Positions 1-12,750 of a DNA stretch of 64,000 bases are shown piece after piece. The notes beneath the pieces were generated by a model. It saw only the letters and a list, made by a program, of their open reading frames with translations, searched no databases and had not been told where the DNA came from. Where the stretch lies: NCBI GenBank assembly GCA_050230475.1, contig JBFLGF010000105.1, positions 1 through 64,000 on the forward strand. The letters are read 5' to 3'. The position numbers were made by a program, and so were the translations under genes. How positions within the stretch are numbered: position 1 is the stretch's first letter; each line of letters starts with the position of its first letter. The stretch comes from Ancylonema sp. Taxonomy: Eukaryota.

Positions 1-500
1 TTTCCGCGCCGCCTGCAATGAGTACATAGCTCCATTTCTCTTGCGTAAAGAGTCTTGCGGTTGCCGTTCGGGGTGCGTAGTCCAGCACTGCGCCTCTACA
101 TGGCCTGGCTTGTTGCATGCGGAACAAGTTGCCCCATCCGTGCGATGCACAGAATCACTTCTCAGCCCAGGCCGACCTGGATTCACAGGGACATCTGTTG
201 TAGGGGCCTTCACTTGCCCGGTACAGAACCTCGCGATGTGACCTGTAGCGCCGCAACTGTTACACTTCCTTGCGTCGTGCGGGCGATTCTCCATCCTTGG
301 TCCTAACCTGTCCCGAAGATCTCTGGGCATCCTCTCCTCAGCTGGCCTCTCCACCCGTGGTGGAGGTAACGGTGGGTACTTGTACTCCCTGGGGTGTACA
401 AGAGAGCCGGCAGCTCTTGCCTTTGCCTCTGACTCTAGTACCCACGCCTCTTCCTCCTGCGCCATCGCCAAAAGCTCGTTCTTGGTGACGTACGGCCTCT
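1..500 (-). mobile_element. Gag fragment with two CCHC zinc knuckles of a degenerate LTR retrotransposon (same family as the 41-45 kb and 52.7-60.8 kb relics)
   Basis: The minus strand reads CNSCGATGHIARFC (~265-222) and CSACNKPGHVEAQCW (~128-82). Stops and frameshifts lie nearby. The same knuckle pair recurs at 45044-45286 and 60600/54930. Confidence 0.75.
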
Positions 501-1145
501 AAAAACCTCTCAAGGTCAAGCGCACATACACAGAATGAAAAACACTTGATCATTCAAAGACATGCTTATCGACACAAAGCATGCTCACTCTGTACGAAAT
601 AGTATAAGGGACAGCCACAGCAACACGCTATGCTCCTAGCAAAGAATTAGTAATGCGGTACAAATGTATAGCCTATATCACAATGGCATATGGAATGCTC
701 AAGAAACTCGGAAAAACTCAAACCGCTAATCGACATGTTGACAACGTGTCGACAGTATGCACCACATGTTCACATCAACTCTTAAGTGTGTCAACCACAC
801 TATATCAACAGCTTGATGATCGATAACCAATATATCGACAAGTATCGATCACTCAAATGAACAAACTCGTGCACATGTATCAATCGGGACAATGACCATG
901 ATATCGCTTTCAACATTCCGGACTAGGCTAGAACTTCGCCGATTCAGATTATGTCCGGATGACCGGATTCCAACACCACCGGCGTTTACATCATAGACTG
1001 TATGGACGGCCCAAAAAAATCCGGATCGGACGGCCCTCAATTTTCGTACGGTCAGAAAATAATTCAATTCCCAAAGAAATCCGGGGAAATAAAACGGGTT
1101 TCTGGCGGTTAGATGAATTACTTGTGTCATTTGGATGCCGCCAGA

Positions 1146-1477
1146 TGTAAGAATGTGTCACCGTCTGCAATCACCTTAAAATGGCGCCGCCTGGCGACGA
1201 AGTAGCTGACGTCAGCGGTCGGCCAACATAGAGATCTGAGGCCAAGGTCGGCCAACATGTGCGATTTCCGTTTCGCTCTTGGCTGGCTATGATTGGCCAG
1301 GCTATTTCCTGCAGTGCCCCGTGGTCTCCATCAACTTCTAGTTTCTTTAAATTTACAAGATACAGATGTGACTTCTATGTGTCCGCATCAAGCATGTAGC
1401 CACTGTCGTGGTTAGCAACATCGCTTTCTTTTTGTTTCATGTACATTGTTGTGTGCGACAAGTCGCATCATTCAACA
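1146..1477 (-). repeat. Candidate 5' LTR of the adjacent gag element
   Basis: TGT...ACA termini. On the minus strand it is followed 2 nt later by a TGG-initiated PBS-like sequence (TGGCGGCATCC), upstream of the gag fragment. No partner LTR is in the window. Confidence 0.4.
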
Positions 1478-2366
1478 TGAGTGAGTAGCAGGCACACCTT
1501 CACTCCTGGCCGATCGAACGGTACGATTTCCACGCAACTTTAATTTAGTGTCGATCCGTAAGCATGATCTCGAGCTCGTCGATCTGATGGATCTGATGGT
1601 TATTGAGTCATTCAAGTTCCTCCGCAAATCATTGACAAACGGAATTTCTGATGTGACATGCAACAAATTTTATTCCCCCTGTATCAACGATGAAGTGGAT
1701 ATAGATGGCGGTGACGCGAGAGAAAAATAAAATGGCATTAGGATTGCAAGTTATTCATCACCTTCCTCTACGAAAGATCTTTCGGGAAATCGTGGCTGCA
1801 GTTTCGAATGCCTTAGGCCCTGCCATTCGTCCTGCCCCACACACTTCCGATCAATACTCAATGAATTTTTAATAGCTCATTTTGTCTATAAAATTACTTA
1901 AGCGTGCGTTGTGCAACCATACCATTTCTCGCCATGGTATTAAAAATGATTCGCAATGCTTCGAGGATTTTTTGATATATTTACATTCAAACGGGTGAGG
2001 TATCAGCTCCTGTCATTTCGGTACATATTTACAAACATTCATCGATCCACAGCCATCGATTCACTAAGCATCATAAAAATTTCAAAACTCGAACACATAG
2101 AACCCCAATTTCTTTGGGGACTGAATAAAAGAGTGGCTTAAATGACTCACTGTGTCCTTCCTTGAGCGAACTCAATGGCACTTACCAACAACCAGCTTGA
2201 AAATCCTCGACTGTACAGAATCTGGCTGCAGTGAAAATTATCAATGTCTCTGCATTTGCTGCCCGTTTTTGCTACAAGGAAAGCGAGTATTTCTACACAA
2301 AAATATTCCTCCACGGTTCCACAAAGAATAAGGAATTGTTCGGTCGCAGATACCAGCATTCTGACA

Positions 2367-5300
2367 TGACGAGAATCGACTCGAAAACGCATCCCCTTAT
2401 GCAAGATGGAGAAACCGTTGCTACTAAGGGATCGACGCCAACCGTATCGCATCTTCCCACGTGAGATCTCTACCCGACTTCTGCAGTATCCGAATTCGTG
2501 CATCTGATTCTATTGCCATATCTGACTCGAGAGACAATATAATATTTTCTTTGAGAAATGTGGTCATACAGGGCGGACGGAAGGGGGCTCGGTCGATCCG
2601 CTCAATAAATTTGAATTGATTCAGCAGAACGCCAGTCAGTTTTCCTCGTGAAAATACTGAATGGCTAGAATATAATAGCGAATGGAAAGCCGACTGGAGA
2701 CAATATGATGTCGTCGAGATATTATGTTGGGTGTTAAAAAAACGAGTATGCTCCACCGATGTTACTTAATAATTGCTGACAATACCGTTTCCTTGGCTCC
2801 CTCTTATGCCATCCAGGAAAGACATCATCATAATGGCGTGAGTGGTCCTCGCCCCGCTACATCTTGAAATCTGCAGCTCTTATTGTCATGTACACCTGAT
2901 CATCGCGTGCACATTTCGTACCGTGCGGAAAACTAGAACGAATTTCGGCGTTGGTTTCACATATATATACGATTGACGCATCGACATGATTATGTACCTC
3001 TTTTCGTTAAATTCCGTCTTGTTGTGCGTTATCGACACCGGCACCATAACCCATATCGTCATCAATTTCTCCTTCATCGTCATCATGGTCATATACAGTG
3101 AATCACTTGTGGTCTGGCAGTATCCCAAATCAAGGAATGATTTTTAATCACTCTTGCTTTATGTGCTCGAATTGGTCCTTTTTTAACCGTACAGATCGTG
3201 CATTTTGGTATCAGGGCCGTCCAAACTGGGAACGCAATCCACTACGGCATCCTCATCGTGCTGGTCGGTGATACGCATCCAAAACAAGAGGGTTCGACGA
3301 TTTGGATGGATTATAATTATCATGTTGTCATTTTTTTCTTTTTCTCGTAAAAATGCTCGCTACTCTTCCCTCTATAAAACTGTGTCCGGTGCTGCACAGC
3401 TGGTGTATATGGTGGAGTCGTATGACGTGGCGGAAGATCCGAAAGATGTGGGATTTTACGCCGGCCTCATGGTGGGAACACACACTTGTTGTCAAAATCA
3501 GTTTCATGATGGGGTAGTGGTTTAAAGACAAAATCAAGAACACGACTTCTTGGCGTCTTGCGTTCGCAATGTCATCAAAATTACGGCACAGGAATTGCTT
3601 TTCTCTGAAACGTGTGAACTCGTCGGTGTCATTCATTTATTGGGTAGGTGAAAGTGCTCTCTGTGCAGAGGATGTTTTGTTAAATTTTGAAAATACATAC
3701 AACGTCTTCGACACATGACAATGTATCAATAAAATAATGTGCAGATTAGAAGACAAGGGGAACACCTCATCGTGATGAATTATGTATTGAATCAAATTCA
3801 TATTCAATGTACGCAATAATGTTTATCATAAGGTTTATCTGTTGTGCAAATCAGTCCCTGTCAACGGAGGGACACGAAAACGAGTCAGAATCAAAGGAAC
3901 TGACCTCGACCAATGTAAATATTGATGAGGAAGTGCGTAGGCTTTAATTGTTCTTGCCTACTCCGCCTTTCATTTCTCGCAGACGGCCACGGTCAGCGTG
4001 GGTAATGTGTGCACCAACTTATTTTGGGGGATCTTGTCGGACCGCGTGGGTAGAAAAGTGAGAACAATATTTTATCTTCCACATGTCGTCACCTTGTACC
4101 ATCTTGCATCAGTTATATGTCAAGAATCTCGAAAGGTAGTAATAAGCTAACAAATGAAACACGGTGTATCGATGATCATTCCGATGATGTAAAACAATTT
4201 GAAGTCACTACACAAAACGACGACAAATGTGAATATTATTTTTCACGTTTACAAGCTTTCACAATTCAATACTAACAAATGTGGTTCGATTGGCAGCCAT
4301 GTCTCTTCATCGCAATCCTGTCGACCTCTATAACGAGCTTGTGGTTGGGCTTCACGCGCACTTTCCCGACTGCTTGCGGAATATTCGTCGTCTTCGGCCT
4401 CTTCCACGGAATTCCCGTTCTCGTCAAATCTACAATGGCGGAGCTTTGTGACAGGTCAGCATAAAATACATATCAGCGTGTCGACATGCCTTCATTGTCC
4501 ACTACAATTTCAGTCGACACACAAGTTGTCGATACACAAGTTTGTCGATACACTGGTTTAGCGAAAGACGTGTGCATGTTCAACTTTACGTGAAAGAGCA
4601 CGCCAATATCGATAAAGTAAAATCATTTTGAAGTCTCAACTTTCGCCAATGTATCGCGCAAGTCTTCACACTAAAATTACATACCATGTCTCACAATTAT
4701 GGCCGCCCTTCCATTCTTAAGAAGATTTTAAATCTCAATGAGTGTCGTGTCATGTTATCGTCTCCATCCCAACCCATTTATTTTCCCCGCCCCCCAGGAC
4801 AAACCAATCCAACGGATTCGCTCTTTTGGTTTTTTGTTGGGGACTTGGGTCTATTTTTGGCCCTATCAGAGGCGGCGTCCTCGCCTTCCCTTGTACAGAA
4901 GGAGCGATGTCGAGCGTTCTACCCCAAATATTGTGCGTCTATCCCTACGTACTTCCGTTTTCATTTTCTGCCGCTTACCAGTTGGGGCTTTGTGTCGCCG
5001 TTTGCTTTCTTTGCGAGACTGTGCGGAAATCTCCTCCACACAAGGAAATCGATTTTGGTGCAGCAAACATCGAAAATGGTTTAAGCGGCACCAATGGCGT
5101 AAATGGCGCAAATGGCGAAAAACTCGAAAATGGGAAATATGTTATACCAAGCGACAAACAAATTGATGGTGTCGCTGTTGAGCAGTCGAATACGCACCGC
5201 TACTCCGCACTACCTTCCGAAGAGCGTTTTTTGTTTGAACGCGCGAAAAGTGTGGCAGACAAAGAGACGAATGGATCCGGCAACTATATTGTTGGCATTG

Positions 5301-6334
5301 AAGAGGCCTTAAAGCTAGACGTGCTAGAGGGTACTTCTCCGGTGCGGCCCGGCCACGTGGCATCGAGAGAGGTGGATGACATGGTGGCAACGAATTGGAG
5401 TCGGCCGTGGGATGTTGTGGGCGTTGTGGTGTTGTTTGGGTTCATGATGTTTATTCAATTCTATGCTGGTAAGCGCTTTTTATCGCGAACGAATGGGGGG
5501 TGGGGGTGGGAGTGGGGTAGATGGCTGGTGTTGCAACCATACAAATCAACAAAAAAAATGCTATTTGATTTCAATACACTTCATGTAATACTTTGAATGT
5601 AGGTTTGTTTAGCATGTATTTGGCACATGTCGATGTTTACTGTACAAATTATTAGAAGTAGATGTGTTGGAGTGTGGAGGAGCGTAACTTGCACGTTGTT
5701 GTTGTTGTCCAATTCGTTCTCTCTCCTTTGTCATTAAAGTTGAAACAAATCCTTTCCTCCATCCTCCAAAGAGACTCTGCTCGCCATCTATTCCGCCACC
5801 CCTGAGAACGTCGGAGGACTGGGCTACGATCCGAAAACTATGGGAGTTGCGGGCGGGATCGCGGGCGTTGGCATCCTCACGTTTATGATCGTTGCCATCC
5901 CGAAACTGGCACAGTCGTTTGGGCCTTTGCATTGCATTCGCGTGGGTTTCCTTTTTTCCATGCCACTTTGGGCCACAGCCCCGATGGTTGCGTGGCTGAA
6001 CGGGGGTCTGCCAATTATAAAATTCGGCGCCTTGCTGTTGTTCAGGGTGGTGCGGTCTTCTCTTGGGTCTACGACTTTCGCCGGGTCGATGATGGTGATC
6101 AGCAATAGCGCCCAGGCGCATAACATGGGCATGGTAACTGGTCTAGGCGACACTTTCGGGGCTCTATTGACCATCATTGCGCCTGCTATGTCTGGAGGAC
6201 TTTGGACCGTTTTCTCCACCGCGACATTTAAGGGGCATGAATTCGTGCCGTGGATCGTGCTAATTCTTATCAGCGGCGTGATGAGTGGATTAGCAAGTGT
6301 GCTCCCAGAGAGGCTCAATGTTTCTAGAATCTAA
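2367..6334 (+). CDS. Major facilitator superfamily transporter, ZIFL/zinc-induced-facilitator-like (multi-exon)
   Basis: In-phase GT-AG exons: 3400-3471 (LVYMVESYDVAEDPKDVGFYAGLM), 3983-4057 (FWGILSDRVGRK, MFS motif A), 4297-4454, 4798-5468 (WGLGSIFGPIRGG...YPYVLP) and 5772-6334 (GGLGY). The 5' exons (~2367-2460, 2817-2837, ~3195) and the start codon are uncertain. Confidence 0.85.
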
Positions 6335-7218
6335 TCGTGGTTGATTGTATCCACAAATATCACACCATTAACATCTTTATTTGGTTGTTTTTCGTGATTT
6401 TATTTTATTTTAAAGTTGTGTCATGCATACTTAATTATGCAACCGCTCTTCGCATCGTAGTTTTCTTCAATGTTTTAGGCAATGGCAATATGAGGTGTTA
6501 GCTCCCCTTAGGAAGTGGTGAGGGAAAGGAGATGAAGGTGCGAGTCGAGGTGTATGGGTCGTTAATTTTCATTTGTTAACATATTTGGTATCGATTAGCG
6601 TCCGAATTTTGATATGCGACAAGCCCGAGCCAAAAATGTATACCTTGATCGCAAAAGATGACCTTGTGTCAACCAGATAGTATCCGTGTCAACAACTTTT
6701 AAGTAACCTCATGTAACCTGCAAAGACATCGAATTCCGCCTCTTTCCGTTTCATGTTCAATACCACACACCAATCATACGTACTCATCCATGCAAGGCTC
6801 CCCCACGAAACCTGTTTGCGTTGTATGAAAACCAGGCAAAAACAATGATAAAAAGAATTTTATATGGCTTCAACATGCGGGTTTTAGAATCTCAACCATC
6901 CCCAACACAAGCAAATGCACCTCCTCCAAAAGCTTTCACCCCAGGAAAGCCTTCAGCCAAAAAGCTTTCCCCCCCCCTTTATACCCTCATGAAGAAGACG
7001 TATTCTAGGTGTTGTTGTTTTTTTTGCCCTACCTCAGACACAAATAAAAACGGCGAGTTGGTCTCTCATACTTCACTTCACTTCAATTCACAAACAAAAC
7101 CCTACCGATCCAACCCCTAAACAATCCTCCGTAACCACCGAAAACTACCCTCCCCAACCCCCATTCCCATCCCCCACTGGCCCAACCCCCAATCCCCAAC
7201 CCTTCTCCACTTTGTATT

Positions 7219-10200
7219 CTATTGCGGCACCCATTGCCCACCCCCGCCCTGTAGCTGTTGCTCCATCTGGAGAACGTGGGGATGGGGCTGGGGCTGGGGC
7301 TGGGATGCTTCCAAGTCAACCCCGGGTTGACTGTTCCCCATTGACTGCTGCATGTCTGACGCAGACTCTGGTGGAACTCGCTGGCTGAGCTGCAGGGGAT
7401 GGGGGGATGGGGGGATGGGGGGATGGGGGGGTGAAAAATGTTGACATTTCAAGCAGCAGGGACGAAGCATGTGTGTATGTATGCCTACATGCTCGCATGC
7501 GATTCGCTACTCAATAATTTCACTCCAGCCACAACACAACCCCCCGAACCAAACGAATGACAAACTGAGCGAAAATTGCCCCAGCCCCCCACACCCCCCC
7601 CTCGCCTTACCCCCCCGTCTCCATTACCCTCAGCCTGCTCGGCTCCTGTCCAGGAGTAGCCCCCCCCCATCCGGTAGTACGGCTCCTTCAGCTCCAGCAC
7701 CCCGTTCGAAGTCTGCATCGCTTCCCCCGCCCCAGCTGCCCCCACCCTCCAACCCACCCATCCCAACGTCACCCCCCTCCCCCCCACTTGCACTCACCTC
7801 CTCCCCCTCCCCCTCACCTTGCAGCGTGAGGTTTAGGGTGTAGCTCTGCGCTCGGTGCGCCGTCATCTTCAGTCGGCCAGTGATGGGTTGGGCTGGGAGC
7901 ACGTAGAGGGGCTGGGCGAGCACGCAGCGCAGCTGGTACCAGTGGGTGGTGGGGGCGCCAGGGGATGTGGACAGCCAGCGGGGGACAGTGCTGGGGGGGG
8001 GAGAGGGGGGATGGAGACAGGGTTGGCGTGCACTGCTCCTCCCATCGTCAGAGATCATCCTGTTGGCGGCATCAAAGGTTCACCTCCCGTCGAAGAGCAC
8101 GTCGAACCAGCATGCCAGGCCGTGCACGCGGGCGGCAGCGGTGGGCGTGAAGGAGAGCGGGATGTCGATCTCGAACAGCTCCTCCTCCTGCACACACAAA
8201 AAGAAAGAAGCGGGAGGAGGAGGGGGAGGAAACGAGGGTGGCAGCGATGGAGGCAGATGGGGGGAGGGGGGGGGGGGGGAATAATAATTATAAATCCTCT
8301 TGCTGAACCTTTTTCCTTTTTTCTTTTTTTATTTTGTCGAAGTCTGCGGGAAGGATGTATTCCTCACCGTCGCGGAAGTGAAGTCGATTGTGTGCGTGAC
8401 CGTGGGCGCCACCAGCAGGCGCGGGTCGAAGGCATCCACCACGGGCTGCGAGAAGTACGCCTGCGTGGCCTCCTGGTGCAGCGGGGTGAGGTTCACGCCG
8501 TAGTAGCTCGCCTGCTGCCAGAAGAGGGCCTTGTTGGCCACCTCCACGTACAAATACTCGTCCGAAAAGGGGGCCATGTGGATTCTGGGCACAAGTGGCA
8601 AAAGTGGCGAAAGTGACAAAAGTGACAAAAGTGGCAAAAGTGGCAAAATTTGGCAAAAATGGGCGATTGGAACAACTGGGTTTTTTTTGGGGTTTTTTTG
8701 GGGTTTTTTGGGGTTTATGGGGTTTTTTTTCTGGGTTTTTTTTTGGGTTTTTTGGATTGGCAAAAGTGAGCAAAGTGGCAAAAGTGGAAAGAGTGGCAAA
8801 AGGTGGCCAAAAGGGGCGGAAGGGACGAACGGGGCGGGAGGGGCGAAAATGGCAGGAGGCATACCTGCCGAGCGTGGGAAACATTTTGCCGCCCGGCTTG
8901 AGGAAGCGGTCCCTCGCGATGATGTACGACTCCAGCATGCGCTCGTTCACCAGCAGGGTGCCTGCAGGAGAAAACAACAGAGGGGGCGCACCAGCTCTGT
9001 TGCCAGCACCTGGAGTGGCGCTCGGGGGTCTGCGCATATCCCACCCATGGGTTCCGAGATGAGCACATCCACTTTTTCCGGAACGTCAATGTCCTCCACC
9101 TTCCCGTGCAGCACCTATTGGGGGGGGGGGGGGGGGGACCAAACCCTCGTTACACCAAAGTCCTGTCCGTTATAACGAGGGGGGGGGGCAGGGGCGTACG
9201 GTGACCCGGTGGCCGTAGGAGGGGTTGCCTTCTGCCAGCTTTTTGGCGTATGTGGCCATGGGGGAGGCCTCGACAGCGTACACGCGAGAAGCGCCCGCCT
9301 GTGAGTGTGGCAGAAAGGGCGGAAGCAGTTGAGGCGGCAGAGGTGGCAGAAGTGTTTTTGGGGTTTATATATATATTTATATATATATATTTATATATAT
9401 ATTTATATACACACACACACATATACACAAATATACGTATATATATATACATATACATGTTTATATATATACATATATATATGTACATATATATATACAT
9501 ATATATGTATATGTGTATGTACATATATATATGTATATATATAAACATGTATATGTATATATATATACGTATATTTGTGTATATGTGTGTTTGTGTATAT
9601 AAATATATATATAAATATATAAATATATATATATGTATATATTTGGTTTTCAGGGTTGACATATGGGGTGTGGAATCCCACACCTCACTGCCTTCAAAAG
9701 ATCGGACCCCCCCCCCCCCTCTCCACACAGACACTCTCTGTTGTTTTCACCTGAGCTGCGAAGAGGGACAGGATCCCGCTCCCCGCCCCCACGTCCATCA
9801 CCACCTTGCCCTCGAAGTCCGCGCGGTTCTCCAGGACGGCCGCGTAGTACGTCCCCGTCCTGACGTAGTCCTGCAGCATGTTCTGCTGGTGCAGCAGCTG
9901 GCCGTAGTAATGGAAGTACATGGCCGCGCTGGCAGCCTCGATCTTCGAGTCGAACACGCTGCCGCCGCCAACCTCCCCTGCCCAAAAAGAAGAAAGGGAT
10001 GTCGTCCAGAGCAGTGCCACCGCCGATGATGCCCCCTCGCCATACCTGAGCTGCTCGCTTTCCACCCCTCCACGGCATCAAAAAATTCATTCGAAGCTTC
10101 CGATGATGGGAACTGGAGCGACAAGCTTGTGTGCATCGGGCCCTGAACCCCAGACGCAAAACCCGGATCTCACCCACATGCGAACACGAAGCAATCGGGT

Positions 10201-10743
10201 CGACAAGTGGATGCCCCCAGTCAGGTACGTCCATGTCATGAACGTATTCGGTATTCATCTTCGTTATATTTGTCGTTATGTTTGTTGTTATATCCGTTGT
10301 CGTATCCACCTTGTCGGCTGGGGTTGAGGGAGCCAGGGGGGGAGGGTGGGGGAGCAGCCAGAGTTGCTGGTTGGGACCAACACGGAAATACTGCAACCAT
10401 TCTCAAAATGCCACGTGTCACTTGGTAATGGAATGGTGGCCATCGCATGAAGTTGCCACGTAGCATGACGTCATCTCTCAATGCAGGCAGCCGGGATTGG
10501 TATGGAAGATACCCAGGGATCCTGATTCAAACTGCCAGGTGGCAGAATTTTGTATAACAGGCTGCAGACACGACTCTAGAAATCTGCCACGTGTCACGTG
10601 ACTGCGTTCTCGATCTCCACTTTTTAAATCTCAGATACATGCTGAAGCAATCAGACCCTGGATTCTGAACCCTGAGTCTGAATGTGACCGAATCGGACCG
10701 AATCTCTCACCTGACTGCCCTCAATGAGATTCGCGGTACCCAT
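7219..10743 (-). CDS. PRMT4: Protein arginine N-methyltransferase PRMT4/CARM1 (multi-exon)
   Basis: In-phase exons: 10310-10390, 10046-10142, 9751-9977 ([24 protein letters not shown]...[13 protein letters not shown]), 9200-9298, 9045-9114 (DVLISEPMG), 8865-8961, 8368-8584, 7818-8187 (THWYQ loop), 7628-7735 ([10 protein letters not shown]) and a last exon from 7389. The start (~10743) and the last-exon frame (stop at 7316 or 7219) are uncertain. Confidence 0.93.
8593..8810. repeat. Intronic 9-bp (AAAAGTGGC)n arrays flanking a (G4T5-8)n tract
   Basis: Directly visible in PRMT4 intron 8585-8864. Confidence 0.85.
9366..9639. repeat. Near-perfect AT-rich palindrome (~270 bp hairpin) in a PRMT4 intron
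   Basis: The arms are reverse complements around 9502/9503, including non-microsatellite landmarks (CG at 9436 pairs with CG at 9568; CATGTTT pairs with AAACATG). Confidence 0.9.
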
Positions 10744-11139
10744 CACGTCACCGACTGCGGCACCTGAAGCTGATGTGGACTGGTCCGTACTGGACACGTG
10801 TCGCCTGAATTCGACCCATCTTTCTTGACGTTTGGAGTGAAACACTGCCACGACACTCTCTGGAGGGCTCCACAGCGATTCCGCGGATTCTCCGTCACCA
10901 CTTGGTTGAAGTATCCGGGCAGAGATATGCTCAAACGTCTTCATTTTTTCAGTGGACCCTGCAACGAGCTTACGTGGCAGTCACACTCAACGGGGGGCAG
11001 AAGCAGATGTGACGTCGGCAGCTACAGATCATGCGGTCTGCGCCGATCGAATTCCACGCGTGAGATACGTCACAATTCCATCCGTATCAGATGCACTCTA
11101 GGCGCACTCTAGGCGACTGCAAGCGGATGAGCGGATGAG

Positions 11140-11495
11140 TTATATCTCTCCATCCTCCGGTATGCACAGGTGCGAGACTTCCCCTTCTCGCCAGCTCAGG
11201 CGTCCTCTTAGGCCTCTTACGCTGCAACGCACTGGATCGGCACGTGTGGAGAAATAAGAATTGCTCCCCGCAGCATTTGAATCCTCGATCCCCCGCTGCC
11301 GGCGCCATTGCCCCCAGTCCATCACCACCTTGCCCTCGAAGTGTTGGCAGCGGGAATCGCGGAGATCGTCGTACGAATCTTGCGGGTCACCATGGTGACA
11401 CCTGGCGATATAAGAGAAATCGAAATCTCGAAATCTCCGATTCCGCAGAATCTACACTGCGCCACATGCATCGGGCCCTGAACCCCAGACGCAAT
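11140..11495 (-). pseudogene. Degenerate partial copy of PRMT4 5' exons
   Basis: A 26-nt exact match to 9793-9818 (GTCCATCACCACCTTGCCCTCGAAGT) lies at ~11317, and a 28-nt match to 10132-10159 lies at ~11467, in the same order. There is weaker similarity to the KLAEG and VLHGKVEDI exons at 11140-11200. Confidence 0.6.
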
Positions 11496-12574
11496 CTACA
11501 CTGCGCCACCTCGTTACAGCAATCGAAGCGACAGTGGACCTAGACATTTCGTGCTAGGAAATGGGGAACAAATAAAGGATAGATTGACGAGGTGGTGGCA
11601 CCAAAATGAAGGGATAATAAATGACCAAACAGACAATGAAATTTCACAACGAGATTATACTTTATTTGACACGTTGTTGATTGTCACACGATCAACAGAG
11701 CGCATCTTCGTGCGAATGTATGTCTACTCTTGTTTTCTTGACATTGAATTAGACATTGTTGCTTGAATGATTTTGTGAACTACTCGATACAGCGAATCCT
11801 ACACACACGTGTCTTATCACACGTGTGACACCACATCGATCACATTCGCATTCCCACACATGCGATGCATCTATCATGTATCATACTACAACGATACTCA
11901 CACTTGCATCCATGGCATGCCACAACACCACATGCCAAACAATTTTCACTTGACTGCCAAAAATCATGCTAGCTCCCGCGTCAAGCATCTTTGCACTCGA
12001 TGCACCACACACCGAGTGGCCATGTATGGGGTGGAAGCCCGATAAAAAAATTGAGGATTGGGACTTATGCACCCGAATTGCCAAAACTACCACAAATAAG
12101 AAAATCACATCCCTCCTATGTGTGTGGAAAATAATAAGGAGAGCGCAGCCCCCCATCCCATCGTCCACTAGGAGATTGGCAATGGTCCAACAATCTCCCC
12201 TCCCACACAACGAAATCAACAGTAGGGTAATGTTCTCCCTGAGCGTCACGATGCCTTGCAAGGAACCACCATGAAGAAGGAATGGAGTAGAGGCGCAAGA
12301 ACAAATCAAGAAGTAGGCACAGTATTCATTGCCAATCAAAGGTATGGGGGTCCAACCACTGAGGTATCACTCGAATGACTGTTTTCTGCACGGAGTGTGT
12401 AGGGCGAGAGCAAGAGGAAGTAATATTGATATGTGACCCAAAAGGGTTACCACTATTGATGTCTTACATTAAAACTAAAAGGGGTGCATGTAGGAGAGTG
12501 GGTATGCAGAAAGCATTTTTTTTTTTAATGTTTGCAAATGTGATTGCACAAAAGCTTGTCGTCAATTTTGGGGG

Positions 12575-12750
12575 AAGAGAAAGAGAAAAAAATCATTGGT
12601 AGGTCGGTTTAGCATTTGCGGTTGGGGGTCATGAACAAGAGACGGTATGAATACATTTTAGGGTATTTTAGTCATGTTAGGGTTTCGGATCGGGCGCAAT
12701 TAAGAGCAAGGGGGTTGCAGTGGCGCCACACGACTCGATATAGTACGATA
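12575..12750. repeat. Third, partial copy of the sequence found upstream of both PsbQ genes
   Basis: GGTCATGAACAAGAGACGG...TAGGGTTTCGGATCGGGCGC...AAGAGCAAGGGGG is shared with ~13590-13700 and ~18025-18140. Confidence 0.7.

Noticed and set aside
9150..10029. Long Y/I-rich ORFs on both strands
   Set aside because: Artefact of the AT palindrome in a PRMT4 intron.
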